In this document: positions 37,075-47,400 of the stretch, piece by piece
How positions within the stretch are numbered: position 1 is the first letter of the stretch
How the letters are laid out: each line of letters starts with the position of its first letter
DNA from: Macrostomum hystrix
Lineage: Eukaryota; Animalia; Platyhelminthes
Assembly (NCBI GenBank): GCA_950097015.1
Contig: CATNEN010000015.1
Location: 1,736,001 to 1,800,000 of the forward strand
Direction: 5' to 3'
DNA length: 64,000 bases
Position numbers and translations under genes: made by a program
The notes under the pieces: model-generated
What the model saw: only the letters and a program-made list of their open reading frames with translations
Database searches by the model: none
What the model was told of the DNA's origin: nothing

Positions 37075-37333
37075 AAGGCAGCGTCGGTGCCACCTGCTGA
37101 GCTTCGCTGCTGTGCCGGCATCACTGTTTGGTGTCGATGGTGACTTCCTGGTCCGAGTATGACTCAACTCGCACACAGATTGCACTTGGAAATGAAATTT
37201 CAAACACATACGAAAAAAGGATAAGATATAATTTGTCCCGTTGCAATCTAACCTTCTAGAAAGTAGCGATTGTCCTGACTTTCAAGCTTTATGATAAGAG
37301 TTTTTTCATTGTTTAGATTGTAGGAGGAGGTTT

Positions 37334-37590
37334 TAGCCTGGTGGTTTCAGCGTCCGACTGGCAACTTGAAGCTCGGGGGTTCGATTCTTGACTCCACTAG
37401 AACATTTTATGACCTTTAGCAAGACACTTAACTCTACATTGCTTCAGTTCACCCAGCTGTTAAATTGGTACCAGTATTAGCTGGGGTAATTGAGGGCGGG
37501 TGTGCCGTCCCCCGGTCCATGGACTGAGCAGCCGTACATAGCCTTCAGATGCGCCGCGCAATAACTGCGCTCTTTGACCGATCTATCTTT
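37334..37590 (+). mobile_element. tRNA-derived CORE-like SINE
   Basis: tRNA-like head (ggtggtttcagcg...gggttcgattc) followed by 'agcaagacacttaactc...ttcagttcacccagctgttaaattggtac', which resembles the CORE domain. A second copy lies at 45160-45322 on the minus strand. Confidence 0.7.
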
Positions 37591-38105
37591 GTCCGTATTT
37601 TATGATCGCACAGCTGCAGAAATGAAGCAAATCAAATTAAGTCAGGTGATAAGTGTATTGAAAACATTTTTTATTAGGAAATTCCGGAAATTTCCTGTTC
37701 CTAATTAATAAAAGAAGTCTTTATCGGTCATTGTGACATAGAGGTACTTTCAGAAGCCAATTATTGAGGAAATTAGGTAGGTAAGTTTTTAACACCTACT
37801 CTGCAAGCAATGCTTGCCCTTTAATTTAACCCTTTAATTCATCCATTTCTACACAATCCAGAAAGATATGTGTAAAGTTCAGCCGCTTGATTGTTAGGTA
37901 TGAAAAAGTGTAATTTTTTATTAAGATGCTGTTCAATACTGGTTTCAGCAAACTGATGGCAGTGAAATGAAGGCCATTTTCTATTTCGCAGGAGGGCTGT
38001 GGGAAATGGCACATCATTTGGTGACAGTACGACAAGTACTACTGTAAAGTAGTTGTATTTGATTTTGAAGTACAAGTCAATTTGTTTTTTTATTTTGATA
38101 TTAGA

Positions 38106-39197
38106 TTAAGGTTTCTTTCTGCAAACTCCTTTGATAGGGACTTCTGCCGACGGACACTCGATTAAACAGCGCCTGCCGTCAGAGCTAACAAAAAAGGGCA
38201 GTGAGCACTTCTCTACGCAGATGTTGCCGATCTGGCGCCAAACAGTCACGCCAGTGCCATTACCACTAGCGGTACTAGTATTCGACGGACAGGATTCTCT
38301 ACAGACACCATTGAACAATACTCCACTCCGACAGGCGAAGCACTCGTTGGGCCGGTTTGAGCAACCGCCAAGGCAGTCGTCGAGGCAGCAGTCTTCTTGG
38401 CCAGTGCTCGGGTTATGGAAGCAAAGGTTCGTAGTGTTACACTTGCGCTTACGACACAGATGATTACTTTGGCAGTCATCAACACCGTCGGACAAGCAAG
38501 TTTGGCTATAAATTGTAGTACAGTTAGCGTGACAGGAAATCTGACGACTGCAGGTATGCCTATCAATCACACCCGAGTTCCATCTTCTGTGAAGAACTTG
38601 GCCTTCTTTAGTAATAACAGAAGCCACACCATCAAAATAGCGCTGGTGTGGTTCTTGAAGCAGGCTTGTCCAGTTGATGCTGTAGGACAGGTAGCAGTAC
38701 AAGCTAGACTGCATTTTTTCACCAGCTAGACTAACATTTCTCCCCGTGATAGCAGTCAACTTGGGCAATTCCAGCTTGCTCATTTTTGGCGAGTCGAATA
38801 TTGCAAATGTGAACCAATCATCGGAAAGGTAACCTCGGATGGTGCGCAAGTTACGGAAGGTGACGCGCTCAAGGTTCACGTACTCGATCCATATTAGTCC
38901 TCTGATCTCCACAATGGAGTCAAGAAAGTCTGTTTGCATGCCCCGAATTGCATCGTCCAGCGGTTCGTTCGTTGATTGGTTAATACCTATTTTGCTCAAT
39001 GTCACGTCGCCGAAAACATACTGGCAGCCAGCTACATAAGCCGTCAAGTCCTCCTGCAAGCGACTTACATTTCTGTGGGTCTCATAGCCGTCGCTGGAGA
39101 TATATAAGAATTTGCAGATCCGGATGCCAGAAGCCACATCGTCGTGCAACAACGGAAGCAAAAGAAGCAACCGAAAAACAAGCTGCAGGAAATTCAT
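38106..39197 (-). CDS. Intronless secreted receptor-L-domain + furin-like Cys-rich protein (EGFR/insulin-receptor ectodomain-like), 363 aa
   Basis: N-terminal signal peptide; L-domain motifs (CQYVFGDV, IRGLIWI, FRNLRTIRG, LELPKLTAI, CY..SINW); furin-like repeat (CC...CLGGCS...CFACR..F.GVC...CP). Stop after CRKKP, with no TM or kinase region downstream in the window. Confidence 0.85.
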   Translation of the reverse strand: MNFLQLVFRLLLLLPLLHDDVASGIRICKFLYISSDGYETHRNVSRLQEDLTAYVAGCQYVFGDVTLSKIGINQSTNEPLDDAIRGMQTDFLDSIVEIRGLIWIEYVNLERVTFRNLRTIRGYLSDDWFTFAIFDSPKMSKLELPKLTAITGRNVSLAGEKMQSSLYCYLSYSINWTSLLQEPHQRYFDGVASVITKEGQVLHRRWNSGVIDRHTCSRQISCHANCTTIYSQTCLSDGVDDCQSNHLCRKRKCNTTNLCFHNPSTGQEDCCLDDCLGGCSNRPNECFACRSGVLFNGVCRESCPSNTSTASGNGTGVTVWRQIGNICVEKCSLPFFVSSDGRRCLIECPSAEVPIKGVCRKKP

Positions 39198-39649
39198 TTT
39201 CTTAAATCACCTCTGCAGTGCTTTCTTTCTATTTTGATTCCCAGCTCTGAAGCTTTTCACTTCTTTAAATACCAATTGAATTAAATACGAATCGTTGGAA
39301 ATATAATTCTTTCGCAGGCAAGTTTTCAACAAAAAATAACACCAATTTCCACATATTGCCCGTTTCTCTGACTCTACAGAAAAACTTACTCAAAACAATT
39401 TTCTGTCTCTTTCTTTAAAAAATAGGTATAAAAATCAATCAATAATCACAAGTCATATGTCTTTAGCTTGCTTTCTTTTTGGCTCTTAAATTCCAGAAAT
39501 TAATTGTGCTCCAACTCGGGCAATTCTCAGTGAAAGAAGCGACGAAAGACTAAGTTAAAGTGAAGCATATTTGTTTTAAAATATAAGAAAATGTAGGCCT
39601 ACGGTTCTATTTATAGCATTAGAAGCATTTAAAGACATTGTGGTCTTCC

Positions 39650-40150
39650 TGAAGGACTTTGACAATGCTTGTGTGCGGGCCATGCAGCCGGCTAGGAGGG
39701 GAGACAGCCCGCTGCGCAGCTGAGCGAGCTGCCTGCGAGCGCTTCGCCCAAGCTTTCTCTGCTCAGTACGGATGTTTGGCCAGCGCCCAACCACTCTGTT
39801 TGCCACAGGAAAATGCAGGAGATATCCGAGATCTGCTCAGGCTGTCACGTTCGAGGACGCCCACTTCTTTGAGGAAGCTCAGCACAGCAAAATGCTCGGA
39901 AAACACAGCCGCGGGCTCTGTGCGAGGTCCCTGTGAGTGCCTGGAAGCAGCAATGGTGAAGAGACAGGGCCGGGTAGTTAATAAACAGGTGAGCGGCCTT
40001 CTCCTCACTCTCACAAACAAAAATGGCAGGCAGGTGCAATATTGACGCCGATGGATCCAGGATGCAGCCGAGACAGCGCTGCTGCCGGTCCATCGCGAAA
40101 GGCATATCAATAAGCCAAAGGTGAAGCTGACGATGATTAAGACCTGGATA
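39650..40150 (-). mobile_element. Decayed LINE C-terminal fragments
   Basis: 'RRQLAQLRSGLSPLL' and 'CLGC...E.AAHLF...PAL...FLKEVG' resemble post-RNase H and zinc-knuckle regions of LINE ORF2; frameshifted. Confidence 0.55.
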
Positions 40151-40199
40151 TGGGTTTTTTGCGTGGCCAGCCAGTTGGACATTGCCGGACCACTTAACC

Positions 40200-40505
40200 T
40201 CAATATTTAGAAGCACACGGTTAAAGTCATATGGATTACTGTCAATTAATATGGGCACACTGGATGGTGCGTCGCCAAGCAGCGATGCCGTAGATTTCTC
40301 CAAATTCCACGATCAGGACGCGCAGGCCCGGACGAACGGACCAGGACCCTTTAACGCAGGGGCTATCACAGGTGCCGTCTCGGAGTCGGCACTCGGCCCG
40401 GCACTCAACTCTATCCTCGAAGAGCTGAAATTCGACGTCGCCATCCTCCAAGAATCAAACCTCACTGCGCAAGGCCTGGCCACCTCCCGATTCTGTTTGT
40501 GGTAG
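40200..40505 (+). mobile_element. LINE AP-endonuclease N-terminal fragment
   Basis: 'LLSINMGTL...LNSILEELKFDVAILQES' resembles APE motifs I-II (N.NG.. and D...LQE). Confidence 0.5.
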
Positions 40506-40557
40506 CATTCTCGTGACTTTAGGGCAGCCGGCGACCGGCACAATTTAACCTGTTGAA

Positions 40558-40670
40558 TTGAGGGGGAAGCATGAATTATCTAGGGAGAAGCATACATTAT
40601 CGAGCGGAAAGCATATTATCGTGAGGAAAGCATGAATTATCGAGGGGGGAGCAAAAATTATCAAGGGGTA
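40558..40670. repeat. Degenerate ~20-bp repeat (GAGGGGAAGCATGAATTATC), also at ~40900-40950
   Basis: Direct reading. Confidence 0.7.
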
Positions 40671-40953
40671 GAAGGATTCATCAACTGGCGTGCTAAAATT
40701 GCCGGGGGGGTAGCATTAGCATGGAATTTGTGGGGATAGGTATTAGGTATCCATGGAATTTCTTGATTTCTTGAAGAGATTGTATGACATTTCCAGGAAA
40801 AAAGAATTAGATTTTTCATGTCATAGCATAATAATTTAAAGGTATGCTTTTTTCAATACGATAAATGATTTTATGATTTTAAGAAAGCATGGTTTATCGA
40901 AGGGGTAGCATGTCTTTTTGAGGGGGAAGCATGAATTGTCGAGAGGGAAGCGA

Positions 40954-41601
40954 GACTATATCATGTGGTCATCGCGACGCCCTCTTTTGATTCATGGTTG
41001 CTCCGGTGCGGCAAGACGTCGGTGCTTGCTGGCTTCCGGAGACTGGGCGCGACAGCGTATGGCGCACTGGTCGACGCTTTTTACTCGATCTGTAAAGCTT
41101 CCGCACTGCAAAATCGAATGTACGCTCGTACGTGTTATCCTTGATGCTATCTTATAAAAAGAATAAATGGTATTAGCACAAAATAATTGGGATTTTGTGA
41201 TCGTCAATATGAATCATTACATCTTGATTGGCATAGACCCTGTCTTTTTCCCCACGACGAAAGTCCTCTTAAAAACAATGCCTTCTCCAATTAGAAATAG
41301 ATAGCCACCAAGGCGTTAACTCGTAAAAACTATTGGCAGAACTAACTCGTTGATCCACCACTCTGCTATTTAAAGGATCCTGATATTTCTGGACTCGGTG
41401 GACCAGCTGGACTCGTCTGACGGAGCCTGCACAATGAGCTGGATGCACAGTGAGATGCCTGAGAATGTGAAGCTCATGCTCAGTACTCTGCCCGACCTGT
41501 TCGGCATTCTGGACACGTGTCGGCTGCAACTGGACAATCATCCAGCGTGCTTCGTTGAGTTCCGAGCTCTTGAGCCGTCGCTGCGCAAAGACATTGTCTG
41601 A
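40954..41601 (+). pseudogene. Second NACHT/NWD-like fragment (P-loop piece plus Walker B exon)
   Basis: 40954-41065 is a paralogue of 33790-33890 (DYIMWSSRRPLLIHGCSG, frameshifted before CGKTS). 41376-41601 reads [12 protein letters not shown]...WM...[12 protein letters not shown], the NACHT Walker B region. Confidence 0.75.
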
Positions 41602-44492
41602 GATCTGCTCGCCTCTTGACGGCTCGACTCGTCTCTTGATCTGGCAATAGTTCTTCTCGGCTGCACTGAGACTGCGTGAAGCATACGCGTTCGGTTTTTT
41701 CATGATATTCTGGCGATGAAAGATGACAGCGAGCAAGCACGCAAGCAAGCAAGCAAGCAAACATTTAATTTTTAGTATATTCGACTGGCAACCAAGACCC
41801 CCTTTGAGGGAAGCAAATCACGCTTTACAGCCCTGAGAAGAAGTAAAATAACAACACAGGATCCGATTGTTAAATGAGTTTAAGCTAAAGTTTTTACCAG
41901 TAAATTTCTTATATATAGTACGTTAAGGCAAAAATAGTTTTGAATAAATAACTTTGTTGTAAATCCAAAAAAGCTTTTGCGTAAAATCTGAAAAGCAGTT
42001 ATCCGCGATTATTGTGCGTATTTAACTGACTGCTATGTACAGACAAGACGGGACATTGCAGTATTTTTTGTTAGTTAAAATACAAAGAATACATTTATTT
42101 TGCGGCTTTGATTGAAGAATGTAATTTAAATGTAGTAAACAACTCGTTCTTACGTATGGTATACAAGAGTAGCTATTTGAATTTTTTATGTGTTGTTAGT
42201 TCCTTGTTTGTTCTCCTTGTTTGTTTGCTCAGTGAATCACGCTTTGGCATAGCTATAGGCCTAGCTACAGCCTACATAGAGAGTTGCTTATTATTGTTAA
42301 CTGATAACAATTAAGATGTTTGTCAGTTGAAATAATAACCACTAATTACAAAATCAATGTATTAACAAGCTAACAACTGTTGTTTGCAAATATAATAACT
42401 GAAAATAATATTAGGCCTACCATGTTCACTTTTCTCATTTTTTGGTTTATTTATCATCGCAGCTACTATTACTAAAAACAAACATTTCTAAAATTATTCT
42501 AGTTGTCTAGTAGCAAATTAGAACATCTATTAGTTGGAGTAGCTCGTATATTTATATGGAATGGCTTAACTAGCCATGCAGAATTTCAATTTTGTAGGCC
42601 TAGCTAGTTAATATGCTAATTGAAGCTGATTTAGTCTAATGATTCATTCTTTAAGGCTTTTATAGCATACGTTTTATCTTAGCTCAAATCTTGGCAGATG
42701 GTAAATTAGTTGACAGTCATTTCATCTGCCCCCTTTTTGTCTGCCACCTTTTATCTGCCAATATACAATATAGTTGTTTTGTCTGGCAATATATGATATA
42801 GTCCATTAATTTGCTAATGTAGGCATTATTCCAAATAACGAATTATGTCATCAAGCTTTGCATTTAAATGTTATGTAAATGTCTTATAATTTAAAATTTG
42901 TTGGAATGCTTGGATTTTTCTGAAAGTTTTGAAGCTAGGCCTAACAAGTGGCCTATAAATACTCAAAGTCATAACCAAACATTTCCTTTTCCAAACATTG
43001 TCAATGGTCGCATCTGTTGCACTGAATGGCATGCTTCCTAGCTGTAACAGCAGCATGGCAAACAACACAATTCTCAATGAAAGCTAAAGCCATTAGGACA
43101 AATATTCTTTAAAGACCATTTCATAGTTCTTATAATGTTTTTACCCTTTAAACTTTAAACTTGGAACTTAATACAGATAATAATAATTGTAGGAGGGCTG
43201 CAAGCATTGGCACAATATTTGGTGACACAAGACCCATAGCCAGTAGGCCTAATAAGGCAACACTGCATATTTTGCTGCCTCTGGGCATACACACAAATAC
43301 CATGCAAAGTCATGCTCGCTTATATATATTATAAATTTGAACTTAGGGATTATGCAAGTTTGTAGTATGGGCCCAAGGTTTACTAGTTTCAGCTAACCAG
43401 ATTGGAATTGTCTACTCTATATATATTTTACTTTAAGTACTTTATATATCATACATGCGCAACCTCCCAAATCTTAGCTGGCTGTGCGACTTAGTTTTTG
43501 CTCTCATTTGCGAGTTAGTTCATTTCATTGCTCTATTTACAACTTAGTTTGCTCTCATTTGCTCTCTTTTTCTCTCCCCTTTTTCCTTTTATTCACGCCT
43601 TCCTTTTTTGTCCCTTGGTCCCCCCTTTGATTTTTTTGCACTTGGTCTATTGGTTTTTGCGACTTACCTTGCTTGGCCCTCGTTTCACCCGGCCAAACGG
43701 CCAGGTGTTGCGCATGTATGTTATATATTATGGTTCTATATATACAAACTATACAAAAATCCAAGTAACTTGACATTAGCTGAACTTAGCCATATTATAA
43801 CATAAAATAATAAAAAACTTGCTTTCAACCTAATTTACTCCATTGTAGTCCATTGCAGTATTTTGGCATTTAGATAGACCCTTTTAAAACTATTTCTTTT
43901 TTTTCAAAAAATCACAAGTTGCTGTTTTATACAGTTCTCACTATAGCATATTGTCTGGATCAGGCTCATATAGTATGTGCTCATGAATTTAGGTATGCAT
44001 TGGTGTTCTTAAACCGATTTGGCTGCTTAATTGACATTGAATTCTTGAATCTTGGTGAGGTTGGTGAGGATTCTTGGTACAGAATCCCAGACTATTGACT
44101 AGAGCATGACCAAAAGCAGCTCTAGCCATATAATTATTTAATGGCTAGTTATTGTGCTCTTGCATACATATCTTAGCTATATTCTCTTATATGCTCATAT
44201 TGGTCCTTCTTTATTGTCTGTGCCCATTTTGTTGGTTGCTAGTTCTCTATATTAAAACTCATCATCAAATCATAAAGGCATAATGTATTATAAAGGCTGG
44301 CAATATTGACTAGATTATATTATTGGTAAAGTAGCTATGCATTGATTTGGAGTTTTAGATAAGATTTAAACAGGAAAATGCTTTACGAAGCAACTGCAAC
44401 TGAATACATTCCATAGGTAGCTAAATGGGTAAAACGGTTAACAATGTGCCAGGGAAATATATATTTTATCATCATTTTTTCTCTCTCCAGCC

Positions 44493-47400
44493 ATGGCACT
44501 AGGATTGAAATCACTTCTCTGCACTAAGGTGTCTCTAGTTATAGCCAGTGCTTTTCTATTCGCCATTGGAGCCTTGTTGCTAGGCATCAGTGCTCACGTG
44601 TTCTCACAAGTTGGACTGCACCACTTTGCAGCACTGGGCTTGCTTGATTCAACATCACAAATTCGCCTGGGCTTCATCGTCTGTGGCTGCATTGCTCCGA
44701 TTGTGGCGCTGGTTGGCTGCGTTGGTGGCTGCCAACAGAACCGCTGCCTTGTACTGCTGGTGAGATGTTATTGATGTGACCCGCTTTCACAGATAAGGTA
44801 TAGCGAACTATTCCAATAATCATAATTAATTACACCTGCCCCAATCGGGCCACATGTGAAGGCTGCGTTCAGTCCATGGACTGGGAGGATACCATACCCA
44901 CCCAGACTCAGGGGGGTCGGTGGCAGAGCGGTTAACGCGTTGCCTCTCGCCCACCAGGGGCCCTGAGCTCGATTCCGCGGCGAGGTCACATTCATTTGGG
45001 GCGCAGCCGCGGAGAGAAGGCTTATGGGCTTGCAGTGTGCCTGCGTACAGTATCTGTGTGCATATACTATACTATACTGTTCTAATCGAGTGTGTGCTCA
45101 GGAGTCAGCGAAGTAGGCAGAATTGCCACCTCACTGGCTGCGGGTCTAGTGCAATTATTATACCCACACTCAGTTATCCCAGCGGTACCCATTAAACATC
45201 TGGGTGAACTGAAGCAATGCAGAGTCAATTTAGCTGCAAAAGGACGCATTAATTGTTCCATTGGAGTCGGGAATCGAACCCCGACCTTTAAGTCGTGAGT
45301 CCTTCGCTCTAGCCACAATCCCTTCCCTTCCTTCTAAGACCTTATGCACTGTGCTATCAATGTACACGATGCCAATGTACATATTGTAAATGCACATCGC
45401 GCCTAGCCGTACCTCCCAGTCCGGGCAATCTATTTTAAATGCCTTTATATATTCGTATGTTAACTTTTTTCTCATCTATTTGTCTAGAATAATGTTGCGT
45501 TTTATTTCTTGGACTAGATACTCATTGTTGTGAGAGTGGCATAGTTTTATAATACTAACTTAATCATCTGAATGACTTTAGTATCTTTTAAATAAACAAA
45601 GAATTCACACACTTTGGCCCTCGCATATAACAGATGGTTAATTGTTTATTTAACAGCTTCACATTGACATCAACTTCAGGATTAACGAAACATAGCTTTC
45701 ATGGATGCATGAGTGAGTCATATATACATTCAGTTCTCTTACCGTTGACACGTTTGCTAGATTGGCTAAATTTATAACTTATTAATTTTTGTCTTTAATA
45801 AAGGTCCTAAATAAATGTTTCAAAACGTCTTTGGTTCCTCGATTCTTCGAATGAAGTTTCAGAATGTCTATATTCCAAATTGATCAAGTTTCAGAATGTC
45901 TAAACTCCAAATTGATCAAGTTTCAGAATGTCTATATTCCAAATTGATCAAGTTTCAGAATGTCTACATTCCAAATTGATCAAGTTTCAGAATGTCTACA
46001 TTCCAAATTGATCAAGTTTCAGAATGTCTATATTCCAAATTGATCAAGTTTCAGAATGTCTATATTCCAAATTGATCAAGTTTCAGAATGTCTATATTCC
46101 AAATTGATCAAGTTTCAGAATTTCTACATTCCAAATTGATCAAGTTTCAGAATGTCTATATTCCAAATTGATCAAGTTTCAGAATGTCTATATTCCAAAT
46201 TGATCAAGTTTCAGAATGTCTACATTCCAAATTGATCAAGCTTCAGAATGTCTATATTCCAAATTGATCAAGTTTCAGAATGTCTACATTCCAAATTGAT
46301 CAAGTTTCAGAATGTCTACATTCCAAATTGATCAAGTTTCAGAATGTCTACATTCCAAATTGATCAAGTTTCAGAATGTCTACATTCCAAATTGATCAAG
46401 TTTCAGAATGTCTATACTCCAAATTGATCAAGTTTCAGAATGTCTATATTCCAAATTGATCAAGTTTCAGAATGTCTACATTCCAAATTGATCAAGTTTC
46501 AGAATGTCTACATTCCAAATTGATCAAGTTTCAGAATGTCTACATTCCAAATTGATCAAGTTTCAGAATGTCTATACTCCAAATTGATCAAGTTTCAGAA
46601 TGTCTATATTCCAAATTGATCAAGTTTCAGAATGTCTACATTCCAAATTGATCAAGTTTCAGAATGTCTACATTCCAAATTGATCAAGTTTCAGAATGTC
46701 TACATTCCAAATTGATCAAGTTTCAGAATGTCTACATTCCAAATTGATCAAGTTTCAGAATGTCTATATTCCAAATTGATCAAGTTTCAGAATGTCTACA
46801 TTCCAAATTGATCAAGTTTCAGAATGTCTATATTCCAAATTGATCAAGTTTCAGAATGTCTACATTCCAAATTGATCAAGTTTCAGAATGTCTATATTCC
46901 AAATTGATCAAGTTTCAGAATGTCTACATTCCAAATTGATCAAGTTTCAGAATGTCTATATTCCAAATTGATCAAGTTTCAGAATGTCTACATTCCAAAT
47001 TGATCAAGTTTCAGAATGTCTATATTCCAAATTGATCAAGTTTCAGAATGTCTACATTCCAAATTGATCAAGTTTCAGAATGTCTATATTCCAAATTGAT
47101 CAAGTTTCAGAATGTCTAAACTCCAAATTGATCAAGTTTCAGAATGTCTACATTCCAAATTGATCAAGTTTCAGAATGTCTATATTCCAAATTGATCAAG
47201 TTTCAGAATGTCTACATTCCAAATTGATCAAGTTTCAGAATGTCTACATTCCAAATTGATCAAGTTTCAGAATGTCTACATTCCAAATTGATCAAGTTTC
47301 AGAATGTCTTTATTCCAAATTGATCAAGTTTCAGAATGTCTTTATTCCAAATTGATCAAGCTTCAGAATGTCTATATTCCAAATTGATCAAGTTTCAGAA

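Larger units (their letters stand above)
35173..37162 (+). pseudogene. WSC + PAN/Apple domain secreted-type gene, disabled
   Basis: WSC exon 35173-35516 (YIGCF...MTRSLCADLC...YMGLQFGQECF; lost Cys residues and a frameshift at ~35452 before GDTAQNC). Phase-1 join to a PAN exon starting at 36496 (CLEQCATGCQAVIFSQRQRRCHLL...VRV*), which is split by a LINE insertion at 36651-37074. The signal-peptide exon was not identified. Confidence 0.8.

Noticed and set aside
37334-37400. Possible tRNA genes (also 44911, 45260-45322, 10012, 12045)
   Set aside because: Only A/B-box-like heads without a full cloverleaf, continuing into SINE bodies.
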